A DNA stretch of 64,000 bases from Moniliella sp. 'wahieum' (taxonomy: Eukaryota): assembly GCA_003971905.1 (NCBI GenBank), contig RSEE01000049.1, positions 434,001 through 498,000 on the forward strand. Reading direction: 5' to 3'. Shown piece by piece: positions 37,776 to 50,579 of this stretch. The notes under the pieces are model-generated. The model was not told the DNA's origin. It saw nothing but the letters and a program-made list of their open reading frames with translations, and searched no databases. A program made the position numbers and the translations under genes. Numbering within the stretch: position 1 is the stretch's first letter; each line of letters opens with the position of its first letter.

Positions 37776-40231
37776 TCACGCCGCCTCGTCGACGGAAGAA
37801 TCGAAAATCTCACGATGCAGCACTGGCAGAGCGACCGCTGAGTATCCGACAGGCCGATACGGATCGTAGTACCCACGCCCTGGGCGATTCGAATCGTACA
37901 CGTACCCACCCAACGAAGAAGGGGTGCGTGCGGTGAAGCTCGAACTCGACTCGCCCGTCGAAGCAGAGACTTTACGTAGCGACGTGGAGCGTGCCGTGCC
38001 GACCGGGGCAGGCGGAGCGCGTCGGTCTCCTCCGGAGACGGGGGGGGTAGCGGCGCGTCGAGCGGGGCAGAACGAGTGGGGGCGTGTTGGAGCGAGGTAG
38101 ACCGAGGATGGAGAGAAACGGTGGGTGGGGACGGGAGGAAAAGGGTGAGAAGATGGGAGGGGTAGGTCATTGTCATCCACAATAGCGATCTGTGGCATCT
38201 GCGTTTCTAGCAAGGGCGAGGGAGAACGGCTCCCGCCCTCGTCCGGCTCGTCTTCGACAGGGGAGAGGAAGCGAGCCGCATTTGTAGTAGGGATGTGGAG
38301 GTAAGCAGCGTGTTAGACGACGAGTGTGCCGGCAGAAGCGGCTGGATCTTGCATTGTCCCCGTAGCGCGATCCGTGGCAGTCCAATGCTTGAGCTGGCCG
38401 AGCAGTTGCTTTTGCGCCTCACGTTCCTTACGTGCCTCAGCCTCGATCCACTCCATTTGTTTTTGCGCCTGTTGGGCGCGTTGCTGGGCCTGGGCCAAGG
38501 CCCGTTGCAGATGGAGCGCCCGCGCCACTTCTACACGCAAATCCGACCGCAACCCCACCCCTCCCGCCTTGCCTGCAACGCCGCCGTCTCGGCACGTTCC
38601 AGCGCATCCAACAAACTTTCTCGCTCAAGTTCTGACGTTCCGTCATCTGCTCCGTCGCAGGCGCCAACCCCAACGCCTCCGCCCTCACTTCTGGCAGAGG
38701 CTGTCGTCGTGGGTCCGACGTGAACCTCCGTCGGGGAGCTTCCTCCTCTTGCTGCTCTTTTTCTTGCGCCTGCTCCAGGCCTAGCTCCTGTTCGGACATA
38801 GGCCCGTACACGTCCGGATGGGCCGAATAGTCTGCCCAGGCAGCTACGGCACGTGTACGCTCGGCCCGGTCTCTGCCCGACGGGAAGAAGCGGTCGGAAG
38901 AGCTGGTAGGCGGCAAGTGGGCCGGTGCAGTAACGTCGATCTGGCTCGAAGCGCCAGTACCCTCTGTGTCCAGATCATTCTTCAACTCAGCCCTTAGCTC
39001 ATGCTCATGCTCGGGGTCGTGCTTGTACCGATGAATCTGCCCTTGCGTTCGCGGCTTTGGAGTAGACATAGACGAGTTGTTCAACGCGAGAGAAGAGGCA
39101 GGCACAAGGGATTGGGGGAAAAGAGCGCGTGGAATGAAGGGTCGTCATGATCATCGGTGGCGAGGGCGACGAGCGTGAGCATGCGAGCATATGCCTCCTC
39201 GACCTCAGAGCGGACGCTGGCGTTGCGATGGGGTCGGCTAAGCTCGGTGGCTGTGGTGGCTGAACCGGTGGGAGTGCCGGTAGAAGAGGCAATAGGCGAG
39301 AGGGCTTGTCGTACCTCCCATACTGCTTGGCTCAACGCCTGCTTCGAGCCGGGAGGTAGTTTGCACCGCCGTTCCCCTGAACCCGAGTGGACGAGGCCAT
39401 TCGAAGGAGGAGGATGGGGGGAAAAACTGGCGAGCGGGAGAGGAGGCCTGCTTGTGGAAAGACGGACCGAGTGGTGCAACAAGCGGAAGTCAAACCAATC
39501 TTCCACTTCTCCGTCTTCCAACGCCGCCTCAACTCGCGACAGAGTCGTCTCAATCTCCGCTACCGACAGCTCTCCCGGCCCAGGATCAAAGGCGGCTGTG
39601 TCGTCCAACTTGGATTCGATCAGCGAAGTCCGTGGCGTTTGGTGTGCCTGAGTGCTAGGACCGTTTTTCAGTTGGGTTTCGCTTCCTCTGCTGCTTGCGC
39701 TTCGGCCCTTTCCAGATTGGGGATAAGTGAGGTGCGGACGGGTGACGGGATTAGGCTTGGTGAGGGCGATGGAAGCAGCGAGGCACTAGGCTTGGCCGGG
39801 GCGGAAATGGAAGTGCGAGATGCATGGGAAGAAGGGGCAGAGGGGAAGAGGTGCAGTGTGGAAGAGAGGTGCTGGGACTCGTGGTACTCGAAGATCTCGG
39901 GAGGAGGGAGGGCGACTGAAGCTGTGTCCGCTCCTTGCGTGAGTGTGGCTGCGGGTCGGGCAGGTGGGTGGACGGGAGGTGGGTCGACCGGGGCGAGTAG
40001 GGGGGCGATGGAGAGGTTCCAGTGGCAGCGTGGACTCCCCCCGCCTTCTCGCTCGCCGCACACGGGGAAGGGGAGAAGAGACTGGTGCGGATGCGAGGTA
40101 GGACCAAGAGCGAGACGCGCCGAGTTGGTGGCCGAGCCTGCCAAGGGCCCAGCAGTGGGGGTGGAGGCGGATGTGGAGGTGTATGGATGTAGATGCAGAT
40201 GCAGATGCAGATGTGGATGTAGATGCCGATG
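37776..40231 (-). CDS. Hypothetical low-complexity protein with a coiled-coil segment
   Basis: Chain of overlapping minus-strand ORFs (39668-40336, 39081-39608, 38437-39105, 38313-38558, 37776-38213) consistent with one frameshifted gene; no family recognised. Confidence 0.5.
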
Positions 40232-41508
40232 CTGAGGCGGAGCGGGAATGGGCGTAGGAGGGGCGAGGGATGGACATGGTGGGGGGAGAGAAAACGCAGA
40301 GGAAGACCAGTAGACGAAGGGCAGCCAAACAAACAAAAGCAGGCATGCCTGCTGACCTCATCACACGAAAGGTTTACCCCGCGATTCAACCGATTTATTA
40401 GTTGCCCCCTGTTCACTCTGGAAAGGGAGTTCTCTGCTAACCTGCCATAGCCCCAGTCGCTCTCCTTTGGTGCACACCTCAGGCTTTCGGAAGAACGGAG
40501 GTTCATGTGAGTTATCATGGACGACTCATTCTTGCCTACAAACACCATCAGTCTGGATGGAGTGGGCAGGATCTGTTTTTCTCTTTCTTTTTTTTCCAGC
40601 TGCTCCGGCAGTTTGGGGGATCACTATATTACGAGGCGTCCACGTGCCGAGAACGCTTATATGGGTTGTCTCCTGGTTGACTCAATCACAAAAGCCCCCA
40701 TTCCGAAGGGAGTGCAAAAGGATGAAAACTGGGGGACGCTTCTCCTCCGGTGGGGGGTCTTGGGGGCACAGATGAAGTTTTTTTGGTTTGCCACACGCCA
40801 CTGCACAGTCCAATTAGTACTCATCATTAAGTTCGCACGGCATGAAGCACGAGAGATTGCGCAAGCTCGACATGATATAGGCGTCCGCTGGACAGATGTA
40901 TGGAGTACTTCATGCCAAAATTGGGCAGAACTTATGATCTGTGTATGCTAAGGTGCCAGATACCCCCCTCCAGAGATGTGGACGTCGGCTTTTACAACTG
41001 CGCAACAAGGAAAACAGACTTCCCAACTTAGCGGTCCACAGCTGCTCTTTCTATAATTCCTGGGGTTGTCCCCTGCTTCGTCCCCAGCCGCCTTAACATC
41101 CTCATCTCCACCGAGTTACGCATTGGTGTCTTCTTTTGCAAGTTTATGCATCAACGCATGTACTCACTATCCATTACGAGGACCAGACCACGGAATGAAC
41201 TAGTCGCAACGATCATGCAAGCCGGCTATTGAGGTACACTCGTGTCTGTATGACTGGTGCGAAAGACGGAACCATGGCTGGGATCGAAAGAAGAACAAAA
41301 CAAATGAGGAACATCGAGAAAGTGTAACTTGGAGCATGAATGCCAGGACTGTTGAGATACCAGTAGAGATCAACGTGTAGGCGATGAAGAATTGGTTGGG
41401 AACGGTTGAGAGGGTGGAAGGTGAGCGAATAGGGTAAATCCCTACAAGAGCAGGATGGAGGTTTTCCTGATGCGCCACCCTCCTCCGTTTCCGAGTAGCC
41501 AACGCTGC

Positions 41509-41948
41509 TCACACCTGGAAACGGAGGGTAAAGTTGATCACCACAGCGATGAGGAGAAGGACCGAGAGCATGGTGGGGCCCAAACGATCGTCGTATGGCC
41601 CTGAAGTACGGTTGCGGATGGCATGGGCCGCCAGTGATAGATAATTAGCGCGTACACCATAATTGCCATCGCGACAAAGCTGAACAAGGACGCGCTGATC
41701 CGTCCGACTCGGTCCCCAAAGTTCAACAGGCCCACCGCCAGTGCTGACAGGGTGACAGTGAACGAGAGCCAAGAAAGGACTGGGAAAGCAGGTAGTCAGC
41801 TATACTGCCTAGCAACCGGTGTGCAGGGACGGATGAAAGAAGGCAGCACGTACAAGTACGTTCGTTGGCAAAGAATACTTCGGCTCAACGCGTACGGGAA
41901 GTGCAATGCGCTTGCCGGCGGTGGCTGCAGAAGTGGCTGGGTGGACAT
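41509..41948 (-). CDS. VTC1: Vacuolar transporter chaperone Vtc1
   Basis: [26 protein letters not shown] / [28 protein letters not shown]; one intron. Confidence 0.93.
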
Positions 41949-42340
41949 TTTCGAAGAAGGTGGTTGTGGTAGAGGGCAGGCAAATCAAATGTGGGTCATT
42001 GAAGTTCCAGAGAGACAGACGACGCTGAACTGAATTTGGCGTATGGCCGATTACGTAAGTGGACAGTGCTCTCCTGCTGCCGTCATGTATAGCGTTGGGC
42101 ACGTGGCTTGGCTTGATCAAAGCGTTTGTCTACTTTCCAACAGATGTGCCACCGGCTGCCACTCCATCCGCTGCCATCTTCCCTACGTGAACCGGCTTGC
42201 TATTAGGTTTGCGTGTTCGGGCATACATGTTCATTCAATCGTTGAATTGGAAGGAGGAAGGGATGCGTCGCCTAGTACACTTACTTTGTCCATGGCAAAT
42301 TGGGCTAGCCGGCGTCATGTAGAAGGGAGAATGCACAGGT

Positions 42341-43540
42341 TTAAGCCAGCAGTCTAGGAGGACAAGCCTGAGAGCGCCGGGCCTTGATCTGCAGCAAGGT
42401 GGTGGCGCCCATCTCGAAAAAGTCGCGGGCGACGAAGAGCAAACTTTGAGAGATGACTGTTTTGTGGATATGAGCTTCCATGCCGCGGTAGGAGCCGCGA
42501 AGGCCATCGGGCCCATGGGTAAGCTCGTACATAATGGCACGCAGGGAGTTGCTCTGATGAGCCAGGCCCGCCGCGCGCGACCGCGCTTGCAGACGCACTT
42601 TGGCCAAATAAAGGAACGTTACTATTGTCGCAACCGTCTTGGATGCTGCACCAATCCAGAAGGATTGTGATGGGCTAAGTCGTTCCTTGCCTGAGTTGCC
42701 GAGCACCAGTGTCTTCATCCCTGATGATAGTAGTTGTGTCAATAATAGTGCTGAACAGGAAGTAATGGAGAAGCAGACGTACGCTCAAATACACCGTAGT
42801 CAGCGCCGGGTTGATGCAAAGGATCAAAGAGGGCTTGAGGCCGGACCAAAAACCAGTAATCCCATCTCCTCGTACACATCCTTGGCCACGTCCCAAAAAG
42901 AGTGGTCATGGTCCTTGGGCGAGGAGGAGGCCGTTTTGGCTGCGGCACCATTCCCGTCCCGTTCCGTTCGCCTGGGACTTGGGTGACTTGGGCGTCTGGG
43001 CCACCTGCTGCCGTGTAGCAACAATGCTCATGGGCAGGATAAAGAGCTGTGCCAGAGCGCCTGCGATGGCACCCAAGCTGAGCTCAGCTAGCGTGCTCAG
43101 TGGCACGCGGCGGGTACCCTTGGCCTGCCCAATTACACGGCGCACATAGTTGGCTCGTAGGAGAGTGTACCAGTAAAGTAGCAAAATTATGACAAGAGGT
43201 GCAGAGCGTCAGGAGAGAGTCCACAAATCACGCAGCAAACGTACGCATGAAGAAGGTGGTGACCATTTGCCGGGAAAAGCCCTTGTAGAGCGCATTAAGA
43301 TCGCCGGGCGCAGGTGGACGAGGATGCCTAAAGGAGAGGCACACGGCGCCTCATAACAGGGCCAGCTTTCCCGGTGGATGAAGCGTTTCGTCGACCGCGT
43401 CAGCTTGGAGTCGAGTCTTGACGGTATTGGGTAAACGACGGCACTGGACAAAACGCCGGAGAGTGCCGACGTTACGGCCGTTTCAAAGAGGTCAGGCGCA
43501 CGGGCGCAGCGGCGGGGCTGGTAGACGCAGAGGAGGCCAT
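42341..43540 (-). CDS. ANT1: Peroxisomal adenine nucleotide carrier (SLC25, Ant1/PMP34-like)
   Basis: AVVYP, YFYWYTLLR, ELSLGAIAGALAQLFILPMSIVATRQQ, GITGFWSGLKPSLILCINPA, LSPSQSFWIGAASKTVATIVT(YP)..AKVRLQ. Confidence 0.85.
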
Positions 43541-44138
43541 TTCTACTGTCTGAGGGCAAGAGGCAAAAGGTGTGGTGGCTAGGAGCCAGGCCAGGTAGGC
43601 AGCAGAGTTGCTCATCTGTCGACTGACAAAGCGCAATCCCCTGCGTGCCAGTCGTTTCACACGGTAAGGAACCGCGGCATTAACCCAGTGATGTTGATGC
43701 ATGGTGCATTCGATGATGGAGACAGCGCCTCCAGCGGATCCCCTTAAGACCGTCACGTTTCAAAGTTGTTGTAGTTGCGTACCAGTGACGTCCTTGTGAG
43801 TGCTCTCCGCTGGCTGAGCGCCCATGCAGCTCTTATGGATACTCACGGTACTCACGTGAGTAGTGAGTGGTGAGTGCACTGAGCCAAGGGGCTTAAAGAA
43901 GCTGGACCCGCGCGGGACCAGGTGGGCCTCGCTCGACTACTGCGCCGGTTACCGGTTACCGGTTACCCGTTACAACCATCATTAGGGTCATGGTGTTTGC
44001 GCTTCGCGCAGTGCTCCAGTCGCTTAGCTAGTTGGCCACCCAGCTAGCTAATCAGTCAGTGACAACATACCGGCATGATCAGGACGCAGGTCACGTCGCA
44101 CAAAACCACACCAGCAATGCTGCGACGACGCCCAATGA

Positions 44139-45714
44139 TTACGACGCCCACCCACTCCAGCCGAAGGTACACACGATCAGCACCCCCTGGTCATGGAGAC
44201 GCTGTGCCCGGCTCGCCCCGCCAAAATCGTCCTGCCCATACACGACAGCAGCGTCGAGCATGCGCAGTTCGTGCATCCCGGCCGCGCTGGCAGGCGGGAA
44301 CGGTGAGCAACGCTTCGATCTCAGTCCGATGCGTCTCACGTAGCGGTGAAGTGATGTGCAGCCGAGCGTCCGAAGACCGGGCAAGGAACTTGTGGGCCAC
44401 TGCTTTGATCCACACCGGATGAGCTGGGTCGTATACGCAATCGGCCGCTATGAGTACTTCAAAAGATTTTGGAGCCAATGTGGCATCGTGAGCTGTCAGG
44501 GGTGGCGTGGCTGTTGCAGTAGGCGTCCCTTGCCCTGTTTGTTGAGGAGTCGAAGGCAGTGTTTGTGCACTCGTGTTCCAACTGGTTGCCCCTCCTTCCA
44601 AAAAGGGACCACTGCGAATCCCGCTTGAAGAGGCATATACTTGGTACCAATCCAACGGAAGGACGGTCACGTTGACACATTGATCGTTCGGGTTGTCCGT
44701 ACGAAAGAGGGTGGCATTGTACTCTAGGTTGTCCAACACAGTAGGGTGATGATCGGTCAAGACAACCGATGAGCGCCTCTCGGCAGAGACTGCCTGTGCA
44801 GCGAGTGCCAACCCCACCAGCCCGGTTCCTGCACCAAGCTCCAACACCTTGCTGGGGAAAGAGTTTTTGCGACTGAGTAGTTCAGCGGCCAATAAGGGTG
44901 CTGACCCCCATGTACGAGCACCCAGGGCGTCATCGACCAGCGTCCCATCGCGAATGGTTACTTGCACGTCTGGTGAACTCTGTGCACCCTCCTTCTGCTG
45001 GGGGAAAACAAAGATGGTCGTTTCCGGTCCCGACGCTGTTCGAAAGTGAGCCAAAAGAAATCGAGCAAGTGTGAGTTACGCATGTTCGTCGGACCGATGG
45101 TGGTGTCGCAAACAGTACGGGGAAATGAGGACCTACCGGCTTTTCCAGCCGCACAAGCCAACAGCTCGGCGGCCCAGTCAATCAACTGATCCACTGAAAA
45201 TGAGGAGTTCGGATCCTCAAGTACTTGCAGTTTGCACGAAACGATGCGTTGGAGCCAACTCAGAGCAGTCCGATGCTCGAAAGCATCGTCGAGGCCAATT
45301 TGATGTTGAACTGCTCGGGCCGAAGCCTGGGCATCAATATGGTCCTGGGCAGCGCGGACAGTATGGGAGGCAAGAGGGGTCGGATCCAGTCGGGCCACTC
45401 GTCCGAAGGAACTGCTGCTCCAACGACGACACGGCGTAGAAGAGGCGCACCTGGTGCAGGCAGACCAAAGGCGCTACGCAGGCGAAACAATGCGGTAGCC
45501 ACAGCCGCTGCGTCCAGCGTGCGTCCGAGAGGGAGGTGGCGGGAAGGTACAAATGTATCCTCCACCCCCGCGTGCAATGCGTTGCTCGTCAAGAGGATCT
45601 GGAGGCTGGGCCATCTGCTATCGTCTGTTGCCAGCCAGTCTGGGCTATTGTGGGCTTCTGCTAGCTTTGGGAGGAGGCTGGTGGAGCAAGAAAAAAAAAG
45701 GTTTGGCGGAGCAT
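44139..45714 (-). CDS. Family-16 SAM-dependent protein lysine methyltransferase (Efm2-like)
   Basis: LGARTWGSAPLLA, VLELGAGTGLVGL, LTDHHPTVLDNLEYN, LDW, IAADCVYDP; ends approximate. Confidence 0.85.
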
Positions 45715-46439
45715 GAAATTGAAATGTTGGTACATGCACACGTGACATGGATGGGGGTGTGCGTTAGGGCCTGGCGCAGTGACTAGTGACTAGTGACTAG
45801 TGACGCGTGACGGCAGGCAGAGGAAAGCATAGCACTGGCATGGCTTCCCGGGCGGAGGGCATACCAGGCACCAGGGGTAAACTGCTTAGCGCTTGCACTG
45901 AACACGGCAACAAGAGGCTCAGGCCTCCCCTGAGGCTCATCTGAGGAGAGCCTGGACCGCAGCGCTTACAGATGGGCCCGTGACATGTGGCATGCTGACA
46001 CCCGCTGACAAAGGTGCCCAGTGGCATGTGTGGCGCTGCACCCCAACTGGTCTGGAGCGCGTGAAAATACAGCGACTTAAAGTGACTGCGGCACTGTGTT
46101 GCTTAAAACACTGCCGCTGTGCGGCGGGGATAGCTGGCCCCGTGCGAATATCCGAATGCCCGTCCGTCGCTACGAAGCGTACTGGTACGCCAAGGGCAAA
46201 CACAGCCGCTGTGGTAGCGTCGTAGCTGCAAAGCCCCCTCCGTGCTCTTCCTGGCCATGTCCTGGGGGGGAAGGCAGATCTGCGATTTGAAAGATACCAA
46301 CGGCTCTCGGGTGATCTGCTCGATTCACGAGGAGTAGCACTGTGGATCAGTAACCTTTGGCCAAAAGTGTGCAATAGTGCTCTTCTTGCCCCCCCCCCAC
46401 ACCCACCACCACCACCCCCTGCTTCCCATCGCCCCTCTC

Positions 46440-46994
46440 GCCTTCCTTCGATCGTCCCCTTCCACCCCGTCTCAATTACAGAAGCCGAGCTGGCCAAGCA
46501 CAACACGGCTGCTGATTGCTGGATGGCCATTGGGGGAAAGTCTACAACGTTACCGACTTTCTCGACGAGCACCCAGGCGGTGACGACATCCTCCTCGCTC
46601 AGGCTGGCAAGGACGCCACTGAGCCTTTGAGGAGGTAGGACATTCAGACGATGCGAACGAACTCATGGTCCCGATGCTGGTTGGAGAACTAAAACTATCG
46701 GAGGTATGTGTATCAGTCACGCTGCCACGCCTTCTGCACTCACGCTCTCTCTACCTCATCCGACTAACGCATCTGTGACTTCCATTCGTATCCAGAAGGC
46801 AGGAACGTCCACGAGGGGAAAAGGGACCCAGCCAGCGTGTAACACAGACGTGAGTGCTTCAGTCTTGCTTGTATTCGGGGCCATGTTGACCATTTCCTTG
46901 TTTGCATTTCCATCCCTATCACAGTCTTTTCCTTCAACTCATTCCAATTTTGGTTGTGGCGGCCTCGTATGGATACCACCAATACTATAGCTAG
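46440..46994 (+). CDS. CYB5: Tail-anchored cytochrome b5
   Basis: [56 protein letters not shown] (both haem His); two introns; TM tail [18 protein letters not shown]. Start codon not located. Confidence 0.85.
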
Positions 46995-48434
46995 CGACTG
47001 TATTGGCAAAAAGAAACGCACACATCCAGCTATACCGATCCATCACGCCCATGCTGCCCATCTTTTCCGTGTCATGGCTCACATTCTGCCCTCTTCGAAC
47101 CTGTCTGCAAATTCATCTGCCGTGTGTTATGCTTCCACGACGTTAACATATAACGTGTCCAATGAAAATGCGTAATGCATACACGATGGACGGTATCAAC
47201 TTCAGGTTCTAACGGCAAGAAGGGAATGGTGAGCAGGACACCAAGTAACGGGAAATACAGACTGTGCATCAGCTTAACTCTTTTCTTTTCACCGATCATC
47301 TTCTGCTCGTATCAGAGTGTTTTACAATGTTTCGCCGATTGCCCCTCCCATCTTGGCACGGTGAACATAAAAGTATCACAGCCGCTGCACCATGCCAGGA
47401 GATGGTTCGTGTGGCGATTGCTATCCACCGCCCAATGAGCAGTCGTATCGCTCGCCTTATTAATCTGGAGCAGACGCGAGCCAACAGGAGTTTCGTTCAT
47501 TGCTTCGACGCCTTGACAAATCGTGGGGGTTGGAAAGCGTACCAACCAAATCCCCTTTGTATTTGGGCCGTATTTCCTCACCACAGGCGTCTTGCTGGAC
47601 AATGGGCACCTTCTAAGCGCATTCGTTAGCATTTCATCCGTCACCCCCCATTACCCGAATCCCACGAGTACTAGTCGCTTGGGTGCTGAAAGGAAGGACG
47701 GGGCGTAGTCTTCGTGGTCAGTAATGATGGGCTGCGCACACTCCAAAAAAGAGGGTGGGGAGAATATATAAGAATCTCATTAGAGCAGCGCTTGGTGGCT
47801 GTCCCATACTGTCCCCACCGCCTACAAGGTACCGTACTCCTCGTAGGTTACCCTTTTAAAGTGCCCAGTAATCGATTTCCTCTCGCCATCCTGTGGGATC
47901 TGTCCACCCTGGGACGAAACCGAGGACTCGCTGATTTCCATCGCAGCAGATAGATTGGAGTACACACAGTCCCCGTGCGAAACAGCAGACGGGCTCTCTT
48001 TGGTAGTGTAGTACATTCCGTACATCTGATGGAAACCATCGTAGCTGAACGTCCAACTTCCGCGCGGCTGTCCCACCTGTAAAAGGTGTGTGCACGACGT
48101 TCTCACTTGCCTCGGATCCACAAAGAGGGTGGTGGCAGACGTAAATGTTGAGGCTGTGTGATTGGCCCTACCCTACGAACTATGCGCATAGCGGGGGCAG
48201 AACATCATTGGTAGCAGTGGCGGTGTTGGCGGAGGCGGAGGCACTCGTTTCCCGGCCCAGCATCAGCGTCATCAGCATCATGCGGCGGAAAGACAGAAAC
48301 ACGCAGAGGACTGGTGTAGCGCCCGCACCCGAATTCCGCCCTAAGTTTCCGCCCCCTGGCAAAAACGGGGGGCAGACAAAAATCTTCTCTGCGCCGCTTC
48401 GCCGACGGCGGCTACCTCCAACGTACTGTGCACC

Positions 48435-50308
48435 ATGGCGTCCTTCAACATGCCCCCCTGCCCCCGGCAGGCACTCTCTTCGGCCCGCCGACGGAAGATC
48501 CTGCGTCAGATGTGCCGCAAGAACTCAAGGGCATCCCCTTTGCTCCTTTCGCCATGGCTGATCCCGTGGGCCGTATCGCCGACTGGAACAACATCCTTGG
48601 CCAGGGCCAAGACGAGCGGACGCGGCGCCAGAACCAGCGCCCTGCTGCGCCCACTGCCTTGAACGTTTCCACGGTCGGCAGCACTTTCGGTTACACGCAT
48701 GCCCAGGACGAGGCTACGTTCAGTGTGGTGAACAATGCCCAGCGCCCAGGCGAACGCTCCAAGGGATTCAGCACCCGCGGTGGAGCTCGGTCCAGCGCTC
48801 GCGGCGGTCGCGGTGGTACCAAGCTGGGCGGCGCTGCGCCCGTGTACAACACCCGTGCTGGAACTGCTACCCGCGGCAACGCTCGCGGTGGTCGTGGTGG
48901 CCGGATGGGTGGCGGTGGTGGTGGCCGCTGGCGCGATTGGGACCGGCCGCAGCGGACGCGTGAGCCGTCGGTTACCGTTCGTTCCGCTTGGAAGTCCGTG
49001 GAGGAGATTGAGTTTAGCCGGTTGGGCAAGCTGCGTCTGGACGTGCGTCCCGGTGCGACGCTCAAGCAGTATGGTGTGCTGGCCGAGTACAACCGGACCT
49101 ACGACCGCACCGCGACGGTTCGTACGCCGCAGCCGCTCAAGCCGGTGGATCGGACCACGTTCCAGTTGACCACGTCGGAGGACGAGGTGCTGCGACAGAT
49201 TGCTGCTGCTCCTCCGGTCTTCCCTCCGCCGAGCGAGGATGTGCCCATCTCGGCCGGATCGGGTGTCATGGCCTCCGCAGAGGGCCCCAAGCCGCATCGC
49301 ATCTTCCTCACCGACTCGATTCTGGCGCTGCTCATGTGTCTGCCCCGCTCGGTGTATCCTTGGGATCTGACCCTGACCGTCGAGGATGGCAATGTCTACT
49401 TTGACAAGCGCGACGGTGGTGCGTTGGACTATGTGACGGTGAACGAGAACGCGGCGGACCCTCCTCTGGAACCGGCGGAGCTGAAGGACGAGAAGAACGA
49501 GGCGAACGCCACGATTGCAGCGGCCACTGCGGCGGCGGCGGCCAAGAGCGACCCGATCAACACGCCTTCTTCCTTGGCGCTGGAGGCGACGTACGTGTTG
49601 CACAACTTTGCCTTCCTCGCGGTCAACGAGAAGAAGGAGATCAAGCTGCCCGATGGGGCGTACCCTGCGCCCCAGTCGGCCGACGATGTGGACCCGCCGG
49701 CGGCCGTGGGCTACCGGTACCGCCAATTCGACCTTTCTTCCGAGGCTGAGGACCCGATTCAATTGGTGGTGCGGACGGAAGTGGATGCCTACCTGCCTTC
49801 TTCGGCCGGAAGCAAGAAGCGCCAGCTGGTGAGTATCAAGACACTCAACGAGTTTGACTCTAAGGCCCAAGGTGCCGGTGGAGCGCCGGATTGGCGCACT
49901 CGTCTGGACAGCCAACGTGGTGCGGTCGTTGCGACCGAGATCAAGAACAATGCGTTCAAGTTGGCCCGGTTTGCTGCCCAAGCGATCCTGGCTGACTCGG
50001 ATGTGCTCAAGCTGGGGTACATCTCGCGTACCAATCCCAAGGAAGCTGGCCGGCATGCCATTTTGGCGACGCAGACGTTCAAGCCGCGTGACTTGGCGAT
50101 GCAAATGAACCTTTCGCTTGCGAACGGATGGGGGATTGTGCGCACGATTGCCGACTTGGTGCGCAAGGAAGATGGCAAGTACGTGCTTGTCAAGAACCCC
50201 AACAAGCCTGTGGTCAACCTCTACAAGGTCCCCGACTCCTATCCTGACGAGGAGGAGAGCGAGGAGGAGGAGGAAGAGGAGGAGGAAGAGGAGGAGGACG
50301 ACTACTGA
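48435..50308 (+). CDS. EIF3D: Translation initiation factor 3 subunit d
   Basis: IPFAPF...D.VGRIADW, RSVYPWD, FDKRDGG, TVNENAADPP, DWRTRLDSQRGAVVATEIKNN, NGWGIVRTIAD, DGKYVLVK.PNKP; acidic tail. Confidence 0.95.
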
Positions 50309-50579
50309 TTGGGAGGCGGATGAAGAGGTTTTGATGCAGCAATCTACTCTTCCCATTTGGTGACTCTATGCACATGTCCGCGTTTCTGGCCCAAGGTCCG
50401 CTTAGCTAGCTCTATAGATTGTAGGATTCCTCGTGCAAGCTTGCATTTTGCAAGTGTGCAAAATGGGGCACAAGTGGCCACTGCTATAGTCATCCCCTGA
50501 TACCCCCAAAGCGAGCGCCATTGCGGTGAACACATGAGCGGAGAAGTTGGATTATTATGAAAAGAGAACCCGACGAGAC

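Noticed and set aside
46440..46700. Truncated cytochrome b5 pseudogene
   Set aside because: Allowing single-base shifts and two introns gives both haem ligands and a TM tail, so it is probably an intact gene.
48506..50356. 616-aa antisense ORF over eIF3d (likewise 5340-6434 over DJP1 and the 5' part of 52933-55449 over uS15m)
   Set aside because: Shadow ORFs caused by GC-rich codon bias of the real gene on the other strand; no recognisable protein features.
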